From positions 61,003-125,002 of the forward strand of contig CAWCPV010000020.1 in NCBI GenBank assembly GCA_963797555.1: DNA of 64,000 nucleotides, read 5' to 3'. Positions 9,168 to 20,251 of the stretch are shown piece after piece (the first letter of the stretch is position 1; each line of letters opens with the position of its first letter). Under the pieces are notes generated by a model. The model ran no database searches. It was not told where the DNA came from and was given only the letters and a program-made list of their open reading frames with translations. The translations under genes and the position numbers were made by a program. This DNA comes from an uncultured Gammaproteobacteria bacterium (GTDB lineage Bacteria; Pseudomonadota; Gammaproteobacteria; CAWCPV01).

Positions 9168-10385
9168 TCACCCGCCGGCCGCCAGCTTGCGCTCCAGGCG
9201 CGTCACCCGGTGTCTGTGCACCGCCTGATGCGGCTCCAGGCTCACCAGCCGCTGCGCCAGGTCCAGGGCGGTGCCGGGGTCCCGACGCCGGTGCTCGTGA
9301 TACTTCGCCAGGCAGAGAAGGGCGTCCGGATTGCCGCTGACAGCCAGCGCCTCCCAGATCGCCGCAGCAGCCTCCCACGCGTCGCGGCTGCAGTGCAGGC
9401 GCGCGAGCAGAAGCCGTCCCGGAGCATCCAGGTCCGCTGCATGGGCGCAGAGGCAGCCGTAGGCCGCGTCGGGCTTCCCCTCCCGCAGGTGGCCGCGGGC
9501 AATGGCGCAGAGGTCGGCCTGCGCCTCCCCCGGCCTCGTGTACACCGCGGCCAACACCGGCAACAGCGTCGCCAGCGACACCAGGTCCCAGCAGTTGTGC
9601 TCGACGACACCGGGCAGCAGTTGGGTCGCCCCGCGCCGCACCCAGTCGAACCACGCCTCCGGGACCTGCCAGGAAGGCAAGTCCCCGGCGCGCAGGAACC
9701 GCAGCAGAAGTGCCTCGGCCGTCTGCAGCCGGCAATCGGGCCAGCGGCTCGCGAAGGCGCGGCGCACCGGGTACAGCAGGTCTGCATGGGGGAGACCGGA
9801 CAGCGGGTCGCTCATCCCGGCCAGACGATAGCGGGCCGCCAGGAGCGGTGCGTCGAAGCACTTCCCGTTGAAGGTCACCACGCGTTGCGCGTGTCCCAGC
9901 CACTCGCGCGCCGTCTCTAGCAGGTGCGGCTCACCGCCGAACGTGGTGACGAATAGCTGACGCACCCGAAGGCCCGGCGGCTCCAGGCGCGCCAGCCCGA
10001 TGAGGAATACCAGGGTTCCGGTCCCCCCCGCCAGACCGGTGGTCTCGGTATCCAGGAACACGTCCCCCGCCTGCGCAGCGGCGACGTGCCCGCCACGGCT
10101 CTGCGTCCTCCAAGACGAAAGCTCCGAGAGGAGGTAATCCCCGTGGCGGTGAGAGAGGGGGAACAAGCGCTCCACCACGATGAGCCCCGGCGTCAGACAT
10201 CGACCGCGCAGCAGGCCGGCCAGCTCCGCATCGCTCGGGCGTCCCGGCGCGCCGGGGCGTGCCGGCCGCAGACGATCGAGGCGTTCTGCGAGCGTCACCT
10301 GCCTCGGCGATCCCGGCGCACCGCACCCGTTCTGCCGGCGCAGCAGGGCGAGCCGCTGCCTCAGGGGCGGGCGCTCTGTCTCCAC
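9168..10385 (-). CDS. YprB/MrfB-like RNase H-like (DEDD) exonuclease with TPR-like C-terminus
   Basis: VFLDTETTGLAGGTGT, VTFNGKCFDAPLL, HNCWDL; GTG start with GGGAGG RBS; follows DUF1998 helicase. Confidence 0.85.
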   Translation of the reverse strand: METERPPLRQRLALLRRQNGCGAPGSPRQVTLAERLDRLRPARPGAPGRPSDAELAGLLRGRCLTPGLIVVERLFPLSHRHGDYLLSELSSWRTQSRGGHVAAAQAGDVFLDTETTGLAGGTGTLVFLIGLARLEPPGLRVRQLFVTTFGGEPHLLETAREWLGHAQRVVTFNGKCFDAPLLAARYRLAGMSDPLSGLPHADLLYPVRRAFASRWPDCRLQTAEALLLRFLRAGDLPSWQVPEAWFDWVRRGATQLLPGVVEHNCWDLVSLATLLPVLAAVYTRPGEAQADLCAIARGHLREGKPDAAYGCLCAHAADLDAPGRLLLARLHCSRDAWEAAAAIWEALAVSGNPDALLCLAKYHEHRRRDPGTALDLAQRLVSLEPHQAVHRHRVTRLERKLAAGG

Positions 10386-10428
10386 GGGTGCTCCCTCCCG
10401 GGATGCGCGCAGGGCTGTGCTCGGCGGC

Positions 10429-12892
10429 TCACCGCTGCGCGGCCTCGGACGCCGCGGGGCTGGACCCTGCCAGCAGCCCGAGCACCGTGAGCGCGGCCGC
10501 CTTCGGGGCGTGTCGGCCCTGCTCATCGATGGCCAGCACCGGCCCGACACAGGCCGGACAACCGTGCGGACAGGTGCAGCCGCGCACCAGCTCATGGGCG
10601 CGTCCCACGACCTGCTCCCGCATATCGTACAGAGGCGTGGAGAGGCCGACGCCGCCGGGGTGGTTGTCGTACAGAAACAGCGTCGGGTGGAAGACGTCCG
10701 CCAAGCCCTCCGGGGCCATGGGCTCACCGTTCGGGGCACGCAACTGCCCGCGGCCGTCCAACCCCGTGGCAGCAAACCACTCCCCCATGCCGTCTCCCAC
10801 GGACCGTCCCAAGTCGTGGCGCTCCGCCATGCTGAGCAGCGCGGCCACGAGATGCATGGCGTGGGCGGCCCCCAGAAAGCCGTCCAGTGCCGTCCAGCGA
10901 TCGGCGAATGCCTGTTCGAGCCGGCCGGGTTCCAGCCGCCACCACACGGCGGTGGTGTGCATTTCCTGGTCCGGTAGACGCACGTTGCCGTAGCCGACGT
11001 TCTCGTGGGTGTAGTAGCGGATCTTCTTGTAGCCGGCCACGCGCCTCAACAGGTGCACTTCGCCGCGGGCGCAGGACCGGTTGCCGGCGCGGTCCTCCTC
11101 GAACCGATCCAGGATCTTGAGGCGCGTGTAGTCGATGGCCTCCGTGTAGTAGTCGGCGCGCGTCTGGCGCACGAATGCCTTGCGCCCGGGCCAATCGAGC
11201 TTCTCCACCTGATGGGGTCGCGCCTGCAACAGGTAGATGGCGCCCTCGTAGAGGGTCATGGCCGCACCCGAGTAGTCCACCTCCCCCAGGATGTCCTGCC
11301 GCCCGTCGGTGACGTCCACCACCACGAAGTTGCCCTCGGCCACCGAGCGCAGAGCTCACGCTGTTGGCGGGATAGCTGTCCGCCATCCAGTGCCAGCGCT
11401 CGCCCTCGTGATGCAGGACCTGCTCTTGCTCCAGGTAGGCGAGGATCTCGCCGAGGTCTTCCTTGCCGAAGCGCTCACCATCCCGGAACGCCAGCTCGAA
11501 GGCCGCGCAACGGACGTGGTCCATGAGAATCAGCAGTTGGTCCGGATCGATGCGTGCATGCTCCGGCGACGCCCCCAGAAAGAAGTCCGGGTGACGCACG
11601 ATGTACTGATCCAGCGCCTCACTGGTGGCGACCAACACCCCCAGCGAGGGCCGTTGGCGGCGCCCAGCCCTGCCCAGGCGCTGCCAGGTGCCGGCAATGG
11701 TCCCGGGATAGCCGCACAGGACGCACACGTCCAGTGCGCCGATGTCCACACCCAGCTCCAGCGCGGAGGTCGATATCACGCAGTCGATGTCACCGGCACG
11801 CAGCTTGGTCTCGGTGGCGCGCCGCTCGTTCGGCAGGTAGCCGCCCCGGTACCCGCTGATGCGCGCAGGCCGGCGCGGGTCGCGATCGAACACGTCCTTG
11901 AGGTACTTGGTGAGCACCTCCACCATCAGGCGCGTCTGGGCGAAGATGATGGTCTTGAGGCCGGCGGTAATGGCCAGCCGGGCGACGCGTGTGGACTGGG
12001 AGCGGGCGGAGGCGCGGATCTGCAGCTCGGGATTTACCACCGGCGGGTTCCATAGCAGGAGATGGCGCTCCCCCTGGGGCGCTCCGCTCTCCTCGATGGC
12101 ATGCACGGGCGAGCCGACGAGCTGGCGGGCGAGATCTTCGGGGTTCGCGATGGTCGCCGAACAGAGGATGAACACCGGCTCGGATCGATAGAAGCGGCAC
12201 ACCCGGCGCAGCCGCCGGATGACGTTGGCGACGTGGGATCCGAATACGCCGCGATAGCTGTGCATCTCGTCGATGACCACGAAGCGCAGCGCCTCGAAGA
12301 ACTGAGCCCACTTGGTATGGTGCGGCAGGATCCCTTGATGCAGCATGTCGGGGTTGGACACGACGACATCGCCGTGCACTCGCACTGCCCGCCGCGCATC
12401 CCCGGGAGTGTCGCCGTCGAAGGTGGCGGCCCGCACGCCGAGGTCCCCGGCACGGTTCAGGGCGAGCAGCTCCGTCACCTGGTCCTGGGACAGGGCCTTG
12501 GTGGGGAACAGATACAGCGCTTTGGCCCGCTCCTGGAGCACTGCGGCGAGCACCGGGAGGTTGTAGCACAGAGTCTTGCCCGAGGCGGTCGGCGTGACGA
12601 TGACGGCATGACGCCCCGCTGTTATCGTTTCCCACGCCTCCCGCTGGTGCGCGTACAGCCTCTGGATGCCGCGCTGGGCGAGCGCGTTGCGCAGCCGGGG
12701 ATCGAGGTCGCCGGGCAGGTCGGCGTAGCGGGCCGGGCGGGCTGGAATCACCAGCTCGCCGGTGATGCGCCCGGCGTAGCGGCGTCGCAAATGTGCCGCG
12801 ATGGCGGGGACGTCCCGCATGCCGCGCTCTGGCTCACTGACCTGTTGCGCCGCAGGCGGCTGCTCGCGGGAGGGGTGCGGCGACGAGGCCAT
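10429..12892 (-). CDS. YprA/MrfA-like DEAH helicase with DUF1998 Zn domain; +1 frameshift near 11354; start uncertain
   Basis: PTASGKT, IDEMH, SAT, ELGVDIG, QRLGRAGRR, C-terminal CTCPHGCPAC; removing one T restores ANSVSLRSVAEG. Confidence 0.88.
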
Positions 12893-13109
12893 GCCCTGAA
12901 GTCCTGCCTGCCATGCGGGAAGACCGAGCTGATGGTAAATAACGCCGCGCACTTAAGCAAGCGGCGCGAGGCCATGACCGGAGCCTGGGTCAGGTGCCGG
13001 GGCAAGTCCCCGGCCCTTCTCGCGTTTACACTGGCGCGAGCAGCCTCTATAGTAAAATTCCGCCTTGTAGATGGCCCGCGGCAGCGGCAAGGTGGGTGGA
13101 CCGTGAGAC

Positions 13110-13952
13110 ATGAGCGATTCCCCCAAAAAGCGGCTCGCGCGCCTCCTCAGCGCCCCCGACGAGGAGATGGACCTGGCGGAGGCCGCCCTGCTCATTGCAC
13201 AGCACGAATATCCGAACCTCGATATCCTCAGCTACCTGAAGCGCCTGGACCGGATGGCCGCCGAGGTCAAGTCGCGCATACCCCAGCATGCCGCGCCGGG
13301 CATCCTGGTGTCCGAGCTGAACCAGTTCCTGTTCGAGGAGCAGGGGTTCGCCGGCAACGTGGAGGATTACTACGACCCCCGCAACAGCTATCTCAATGAG
13401 GTGCTGGACCGGCGGCTCGGCATCCCCATCACGCTCTGCCTCGTCTACATGGAAGTGGCGCGGCGCGTGGGACTGCCGGTGGAAGGCGTGTCCTTCCCTG
13501 GCCATTTCCTGGTGAAATTTCCGGTTCCGGGGGGCGAGGTCGTTCTGGACCCGTTCGCCGGCGGCGTCTCGCTGGCCGAGGAGGATCTCGAGTCCCGCAT
13601 CGAGCAGGTCTACGGCGATCAGGCGGCGGCGCGCATGCCTGTCCGGCGTTTCCTGGGCGCGGCGCACAAGCGGGACATGCTGGCACGGATGCTGCGCAAC
13701 CTGAAGAGCATTTATATGCACCAGGGCAAGTGGGGGAAGGCTCTGGCCATCCTAGAGCAGATCCTGCTCATCGACCCGGAGGAAGCGCCCGAGTGGCGAG
13801 ACCGGGGGCAGGTTTATGAGCGCCTGGAATGTTTCCGCTTCGCGCTGATGGACTACCAACGCTATCTCGAGCTGCAGCCGGACGCCGATGATGCGGAAGA
13901 TATCCGCAAACGCGTTATCACGCTGCAGCGGTCCGCCGGGCAGCTCCACTAG
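13110..13952 (+). CDS. SirB1-family transglutaminase-like/TPR protein
   Basis: YYDPRNSYLNEVLDRRLGIPITL, GVSFPGHFLV, RMLRNLK, TPR tail. Confidence 0.88.
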   Translation: MSDSPKKRLARLLSAPDEEMDLAEAALLIAQHEYPNLDILSYLKRLDRMAAEVKSRIPQHAAPGILVSELNQFLFEEQGFAGNVEDYYDPRNSYLNEVLDRRLGIPITLCLVYMEVARRVGLPVEGVSFPGHFLVKFPVPGGEVVLDPFAGGVSLAEEDLESRIEQVYGDQAAARMPVRRFLGAAHKRDMLARMLRNLKSIYMHQGKWGKALAILEQILLIDPEEAPEWRDRGQVYERLECFRFALMDYQRYLELQPDADDAEDIRKRVITLQRSAGQLH

Positions 13953-14007
13953 GGGGTGCCGGGGAGCCGTCTAGCTTCTCGCCGGCGCAGTCGATCAGCC
14001 CCCGCGC

Positions 14008-14167
14008 ATGGAGACATCGACTAACCGGCCGGTCGCCGACAAGCTGCGTGAGGCCGCACAACTGCTGGAGCAGCAGGGCGCCAATCCGTTTCGTGCGGGG
14101 CTTACCGGCGTGCCGCGGACAGTATCGATGGGCTGGAGCGGGATCTGAAGGACATCGTGGAGGACTC
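14008..14167 (+). pseudogene. N-terminal helix-hairpin-helix (DNA polymerase X-like) fragment cut by a MITE
   Basis: METSTNRPVADKLREAAQLLEQQGANPFR(fs)AYRRAADSI matches the PolX N-terminal NPFR..AYRRAA motif. Confidence 0.65.
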
Positions 14168-14168
14168 A

Positions 14169-14309
14169 GAGCTTGTGAAGAAATCGTCGCGAGCGGCCCG
14201 AGAGCAAGGCGCACGGAGCGCAGCGACGAGACATATCAAGTAGATAGGCGAGGAGCGAGCACCGCGCAACGCCGCTATCGGGACGCGCAGCAGATTTATT
14301 CACAAGCTC
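14169..14309. mobile_element. 141-bp MITE
   Basis: TIR GAGCTTGTGAA / TTCACAAGCTC, flanking TCA direct repeats (14166-68, 14310-12); related partial copies at 34255 and 38768. Confidence 0.75.
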
Positions 14310-14349
14310 TCAGGGCCGGGCGCCCTCGTGGACACACCGACGTAGGCCT

Positions 14350-14465
14350 GTGCTCAACCGCATGAACAGGCTTGGTATGCCCAAACGCGCCTCATAGGGG
14401 TGAAGCCCAGCCTGAACCTCCCACTGTACTTAATGCGCCCATAGATTTATTTGATTCACAAGGCC
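14350..14465 (+). mobile_element. 3' remnant of an IS5-family (IS903-group) element
   Basis: VLNRMNRLGMPK resembles the transposase C-terminus; ends GATTTATTTGATTCACAAGGCC, similar to IS903-type IR. Confidence 0.5.
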
Positions 14466-14529
14466 CTTCGCCGGTGTCCAACCAGCTCGGGGCCTCAGCC
14501 GGGGCGTTGAATTTCCTATCCTGCCTTTC

Positions 14530-15243
14530 TTATCCTCTTCCTTGGGTGGCGCGCCACTGCTCGGCGAGGTGGAGGGCGAAGCGCGTCCCCAGCGCTTCGT
14601 CTTCGTGCATGAAATAGACGTAGGTGCGGGTCAGGGCTTTTGCCGCGATGCGCTCGGCCCAGGCGCGCAGTTCGGCCTCGTCATAGTGGGTCCGCCGCAG
14701 GCGAATATAGCCGCAATCGGACGTGGCCACGTACGGGGTGTCGCCCTGGTCGGTGTCGGTGACACAGAGCATCGCGGCGTGCTCGCGCAGCGTTTCGTAC
14801 ACCTCGTTGTCCTGCCACGTGGAGTTGCGGAACTCGAAGGCGGCGCGGGTGCCCGAGGGCAGCAGGCTTAGGAAATCCCGCAGCCGGGGGAGATCCTTCT
14901 TCAGGTATGGCGGCAACTGGAAGAGGAGCACGCCGAGCTTGTGCCCCAGCACCGTGGCGCGCCGCAGGAACTCGGCCACGTTCTGCTCAGCATCGCGCAG
15001 GCGGTTGTCGTGGGTGATGCGGCGCGGCGCCTTGACGCTGAAGGCGAAATGCTCGGGCACTTCCTCGGCCCAGCGCGCGAGCATGGCCTCGTCCGGCATC
15101 CGATAGAAGGTGTTGTTGATCTCCACCGTCGGGAGACGCTCGGCGTAGTAGCGCAGCATCTCGCGCGCGGGGAGCTTGTCCGGATAGAAATGGCCCAGCC
15201 ATTCCTTGAAGGAATAGCCGCTCGTTCCCGCGAACATCTGCAT
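14530..15243 (-). CDS. DUF72 family protein
   Basis: GTSGYSF..W..FYP, VEINNTFYR, KAPRRITH, LFQLPP, AFEFRN. Confidence 0.9.
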   Translation of the reverse strand: MQMFAGTSGYSFKEWLGHFYPDKLPAREMLRYYAERLPTVEINNTFYRMPDEAMLARWAEEVPEHFAFSVKAPRRITHDNRLRDAEQNVAEFLRRATVLGHKLGVLLFQLPPYLKKDLPRLRDFLSLLPSGTRAAFEFRNSTWQDNEVYETLREHAAMLCVTDTDQGDTPYVATSDCGYIRLRRTHYDEAELRAWAERIAAKALTRTYVYFMHEDEALGTRFALHLAEQWRATQGRG

Positions 15244-15266
15244 CGGTGTTTGCTCCTACAATGGGC

Positions 15267-17967
15267 ATGGCCAAAAACGAGGCTCAGCGAATACTCCGCC
15301 AAGCGGACCTTCGGCGCCACGCCTGAGCCGCCGCCGGCGCTGCCGGAGGCGCGCAGCGGGCCGCTGCTGTTCGTCATCCAGCAGCATTCGGCCCGGGCGC
15401 TGCATTACGACTTCCGGCTCGAATGCGAGGGCGTGCTGAAGTCCTGGGCGGTGCCGAAAGGCCCGTCGCTCGATCCTAGCAAGAAGCGACTCGCCGTGCA
15501 GACCGAAGATCATCCGTACGAGTACGCCTCGTTCGAGGGCGTCATTCCGCCCGGACAGTACGGCGCGGGCGAGGTGATCGTCTGGGATTGCGGCGTTTAT
15601 TCTCCGGACGAAGGCCACGAGTACTGGTTCCACGACCGCCCGCAAGCGGAGCGGCGGGTGCGGGAGGCCCTCCAGAAAGGCAAGCTCGGCCTCCTGCTTT
15701 GCGGAGAGAAGGTGAAAGGCTCTTTTGCGCTCGTCCGCAGCTCGGACGGTAAGAATTGGCTCCTGATCAAGCACAAGGACCGATACGCGGCGGAGACCGA
15801 TATCGCCAGTCAGAACCGCTCGGTGCTGTCGGGAATGGTGGTCGAGGACCTCAAGGTTCTCCCGGCCCATCCCATTCCCGCTTCGCGGCTCGTGCCCGCG
15901 GGCGGGATCGAGGCGATGCCCGCGAAGCTCTTGCCGATGCTCGCCGAATCGGGCGATGCCCCATTCAACGATGCGGACTGGGTGTGGGAGCCGAAGCTCG
16001 ACGGCTATCGGGTGCTGGCCTTCGTGGGCGAAGACGGCGTGAGGCTTCGTTCGCGGCGGGGCCTGGAATTGACCGCTGCTTTCCCCCGGTTGAGCGCGGA
16101 GCTCGCTCAGCAGGCCGCGAGCATGGTCCTGGACGGGGAGATCGTGGCCTTCGACGCGAGCGGCAAGCCGTCGTTCGGTGCCCTGCAGAATCGCGTTCAA
16201 TTGAAGACCGAGCGGGAGATCGCGGCGGCCGACCGGAACGCGCCCGCGGTCTTCTGCTGCTTCGATCTGCTGCACTTCGCCGGCCTCGACCTGCGCAAGG
16301 CGCCGTATCGGGACCGGCGGCGCTACCTCGCGCAGTGCCTGCTGCCTTCCCCACTCGTGCAGCGCGTGCACTCCCAGGAAGACGGCGTCGCCCTGCATGC
16401 GGCGGCGCTCGCGAGCGGCTTCGAGGGAGTCGTCGGCAAGCGCAAGGACAGCCGCTACGAAAGCGGCCGGCGCTCGGCGGCGTGGCTCAAGATCAAGTCG
16501 ATGAACAGCGCGGAATTCGTCGTCGGCGGCTACACGAAGGGGAAGGGCTCGCGCGCGCCGCTCGGGGCGCTGCTGGTCGGCTACTGGGACGAAGGAAAGC
16601 TGCGCTATGCGTCGCACGTCGGGTCGGGCTTCGATGGGGACAGCCTGGCGGAGATGAAGGCGCGGCTGGACCCCCTGCGCAGGGATACCTGCCCGTTCGC
16701 CGAGAAGCCGGAGCTACACAGTCCGACCACCTGGGTCGAGCCCGAAGTCGTCGCCGAGGTGAAGTTCCAGAACTGGACCGACGACGGCTTCCTGCGCGCG
16801 CCGGTCTTCCTGCGGCTGCGGGACGACATCGATCCGAAGACCGTGCGGCGCCCCGGACGCGGCCAGGCAGCGGCGCCCGCGGCTGCAAGCGCCGGCGGAG
16901 AGATCGACGACATCCTGCGGCAACTGGAGAGCAGGAAGGCGGCGTTCACCCTCGCAGTCGGTGCGCACCAGATCCGGCTGACGCATCTCGACCGCGTGTA
17001 CTGGCCGGCCGATCCCGCTCTCGCGCAGCCCGCCTTGACCAAGCGCGACCTGCTGCGTTATTTCGCGCAAGTATCTGCCTTCATGCTGCCGCATCTCGCG
17101 GACCGGCCCCTCACCATGATCCGCATGCCAGACGGCATTTACGGGCAGCGTTTTTTCCAGAAGCACTGGGAGCAGCAGCGTCCCGAGTTCGCCGAGACGA
17201 TCACCGTGTTTTCGGAGCACAAGGACGAAATCCACCAGTATCTGCTGTGCAATAACTTGCCGACGCTCCTGTGGCTCGCGCAGTCCGGGTCGATCGAGTT
17301 CCACGTCTGGCATTCGCGTGCCAAGCCCGGCCCGGACGCGGCGAGCCGGAGCACCGACTACGCCGCCTCGGCCGCCGCGCTGGAGGGCTCGGTGCTCAAC
17401 TATCCCGACTATGTCGTGTTCGACCTCGACCCGTACATCTATTCCGGCAAGGAGGCGCCGGGCGCCGAGCCCGAGCTGAACACGGTCGCCTTCGAGAAGG
17501 GCAAGGAGGTGGCGTTCCAACTGCGCGAGCTGCTGCAGAGCATGTCCATCGAGCCCATCGTCAAGACCTCGGGCAAGACCGGACTGCACGTTTTCGTGCC
17601 GGTCGAGCGGACGCTCGATTTCGATGCCGCGCGGCAAGTGAGCGAGCTGATCGGCCGGCATCTGGTACGCCGCCACCCGAAAGACATCACGATGGAGTGG
17701 AGCATTCCCAAGCGAAGCGGGAAGATCTTCCTCGACTATACTATGAACGTTCGCGGCAAGACGCTGGCCGCTGCCTACTCGCCGAGAGGCGCGGCCGGCG
17801 CGCCGGTGTCGATGCCGCTCACGTGGGAACAGCTCGCCGGTGCGCACCCGCTCGACTTCAGGATCAGCAACGTCGCGCACCGCCTGGCGGAAACGGGCGA
17901 TCCCTGGCGCGACGCCCTGAGGCACAAGCAGAGCTTCGAGCGCGCCCTGGGACGCGCCAAGGCTTAA
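15267..17967 (+). CDS. ligD: DNA ligase D (phosphoesterase-ligase-polymerase); apparent extra A in the A5 run just after the start
   Basis: PE: QQHSARALHYDFRLE..KSWAVPKGPS; LIG: EPKLDGYR, FEGVVGKR; POL: VFDLDP, KTSGKTGLHV. Confidence 0.93.
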
Positions 17968-18025
17968 CCGGTCATGGCGATGATCGCCACCCCAGAGCAT
18001 GAAGACCCCTGCGTCATGACCGGTT

Positions 18026-18065
18026 CCCTCACCCCTCCCTCTCCCGCACGCGGGCGAGGGTGAGG
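18026..18065. repeat. REP-like palindromic repeat (CCCTCACCCC..CTCTCCC..GGGCGAGGG family)
   Basis: GC hairpin between ligD and ku; same family at 49616-49666. Confidence 0.6.
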
Positions 18066-18112
18066 AGGAGCGCCTACGGCGTGTTTTCACAGTAATGGGA
18101 TCGGAGGCAAGC

Positions 18113-18940
18113 ATGGCTGCACGGTCGATTGCGTCGTTGACGGTTTCCTTCGGACTGGTGGCTATCCCGGTGAAGCTTTATTCCGCCACCGAGGCGAGCC
18201 GGGCGATCTCGTTCAACCTCCTGCACAAGACGTGCGGATCGCGCCTCAAGCAGCAGTACGTCTGCGTCAAGGAGGAGGTCGTGGTGCCCCGCGAGGACAT
18301 GGTGAAGGGGTATGAATTCGCCAAGGAGCAGTACGTGACGTTCGCGCCCGAGGAGCTGCAGGCGCTCGAGGAGGCGGGTACGCACAGCGCCGAGATCACG
18401 GAGTTCGTGCCCATCGAGGCGATCGACCCGGTGTTCTTCGACAAGGCCTACTACCTCGCTCCCGACAGGGGCGGCGCCAAGCCCTACGCGCTGCTCGCGC
18501 GAGCCTTGCGCGAATCGAAGCGTTGCGCGGTCGGCCGCTGGGCCGCGCGCGGCAAGCAGTACATCGTGATGATCCGCCCGGTCGAGGACGGTCTCGCCAT
18601 GCAGCAGCTCCTCTACGCCGCCGAGGTGAGGTCGATCAAGGACCTCGACATCCCGAAGACCGACGTGAAGGACGCCGAGCTGAAGCTCGCGCACCAGCTC
18701 ATCGAGCAGCAGGCCTCCGACAAGTTCGAGCCCGCCGCCTACACGGACGAGGTGCGGGCGCGCATCGAGGCCGCGGTGGAGAAGAAAGTGCAGGGCCAGG
18801 AGATCACGATGGCGGAGGAGCCCGCAGGCGGCGCGCAGGTCATCGACCTGATGGAGGCGCTGCGCGCGAGCCTGGAGAAGAAGCCGGCCAAGCGCGCACA
18901 GCCGGCCAAACCGGGTGCCCGGAAGGCTGGCAAGAAATAA
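18113..18940 (+). CDS. ku: NHEJ Ku protein
   Basis: SFGLVAIPVKLYSAT, VKGYE, IDPVFFDKAYYL, VIDLMEALRASL, basic tail. Confidence 0.95.
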   Translation: MAARSIASLTVSFGLVAIPVKLYSATEASRAISFNLLHKTCGSRLKQQYVCVKEEVVVPREDMVKGYEFAKEQYVTFAPEELQALEEAGTHSAEITEFVPIEAIDPVFFDKAYYLAPDRGGAKPYALLARALRESKRCAVGRWAARGKQYIVMIRPVEDGLAMQQLLYAAEVRSIKDLDIPKTDVKDAELKLAHQLIEQQASDKFEPAAYTDEVRARIEAAVEKKVQGQEITMAEEPAGGAQVIDLMEALRASLEKKPAKRAQPAKPGARKAGKK

Positions 18941-18960
18941 CGCCGGCAAGCAGCGGCGCC

Positions 18961-19782
18961 ATGCACCACTATGGCACGGGCGAAGTCGAAAGGCTGCTTC
19001 GCCTGCCGCGCAGCACCATCCGTGCGTTGATCCAGGCCGGTTTCGTAGCGCCCGCCCGCGGGCCGCGCGGGGCCTGGCGGTTCTCGTTCCAGGACCTGGT
19101 CGTCCTGCGCACCGCACAGGCGCTCGCCGCGGCCAAGGTACCGCGCCGGCGGATCACGCGCTCCATCCAGGAACTCCGCCGCCACCTTCCCGAGTCCATG
19201 CCGCTGTCCGGACTGAGCATCTGCGCCGTCGCCGACCGCGTCGTCGTCAAGGAAGGCGGCGGCTGCTGGCAGGCGGACTCCGGCCAATACCTGCTCGCGT
19301 TCGAGGGCGACTCCGCCGACGGCTCCTTGCGCGTGATCGAGCGGCCTGGCCCGGCGCCGTCATCGAGCGCAGAAGACTGGTTCGACCAGGGGGCCGCCCT
19401 GGAGAACGAGGACGCAGAGGCCGCGCTGCGCGCCTACGAGCAAGCTGTCGCGGCGGACCCGACGCTGCTCGATGCGCGGATCAACATGGGATGGCTCCTG
19501 CACCAAGCCGGGCGTCTCGCCGAGGCCGAACGCGTCTACCGCGACGCGATCCGAGCCTGCGGCAACGATGCCATGCTGCTATATAACCTCGGCGTTCTCC
19601 TCGATGACATGGACCGCAAGGGCGAGGCGGTGCAAGCGTATGAGGAGGCCCTGCGCGGCAATCCCGAGCTGGCGGACTGCCACTACAACCTGGCGCTGCT
19701 GTGCGAAGCGCTCGACAAGCCGAAGGACGCGATCCGGCATATGGCGCAGTATCGGCGGCTCATGGAGAAGGCGGGCGGATGA
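18961..19782 (+). CDS. MerR-like HTH + TPR protein
   Basis: YGTGEVERLLRLPRSTIRAL..FSFQDLVVLR (MerR-like), then TPRs (ARINMG, LYNLG, HYNLA). Confidence 0.75.
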   Translation: MHHYGTGEVERLLRLPRSTIRALIQAGFVAPARGPRGAWRFSFQDLVVLRTAQALAAAKVPRRRITRSIQELRRHLPESMPLSGLSICAVADRVVVKEGGGCWQADSGQYLLAFEGDSADGSLRVIERPGPAPSSSAEDWFDQGAALENEDAEAALRAYEQAVAADPTLLDARINMGWLLHQAGRLAEAERVYRDAIRACGNDAMLLYNLGVLLDDMDRKGEAVQAYEEALRGNPELADCHYNLALLCEALDKPKDAIRHMAQYRRLMEKAGG

Positions 19783-19930
19783 GGGGCAAACTACGGCACC
19801 CGGCGGGCGTATTCGCAGCATGGCTCGTCGGTGGCTGCGCGACTCCGGGCCGACTAAAGGGCTACACCACCACTGACCAGCACCTGGATACCGAAGGTGC
19901 GAACCGCCCGCTGTTCCTCCGTCCCCTTCA

Positions 19931-20251
19931 TCAAACGCCAACTTCCTTTAGCTCGCCGGCCTTCACGTGTGATAAGACACGCTCTAGTTCCGGAACAAGG
20001 GGCCGAAGAAACTCTAGCTTGTTTCTCGGGGCCACCAACACCACCACGGCGATGTTCCGACCCGAGACCGGCTGCTGGTACTTGAGCTTTTGATCAGTAG
20101 TAATGAGAACATCGAAATGGGACTCGGCAAGCTGAAGCAGTTCGCCGTTCTCCTTCGCCGCCCAGCCCATCTCTGGGACGGTTCGCACCTCATGGTTCGG
20201 CAGCTCTCGCCGAAGACGGCGTGGTACGCATTCGTCAAGCAGCAGTCGCAC
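19931..20251 (-). CDS. DUF5615 PIN-like toxin
   Basis: RLLLDECVPRRL..GW..KENGELL..DVLITTDQ; overlaps DUF433 gene. Confidence 0.85.
   Translation of the reverse strand: MRLLLDECVPRRLRRELPNHEVRTVPEMGWAAKENGELLQLAESHFDVLITTDQKLKYQQPVSGRNIAVVVLVAPRNKLEFLRPLVPELERVLSHVKAGELKEVGV

Noticed and set aside
14941-15266. Long N-terminal extension of LigD
   Set aside because: Overlaps DUF72 antisense; true start is probably ATG 15267 with a homopolymer indel
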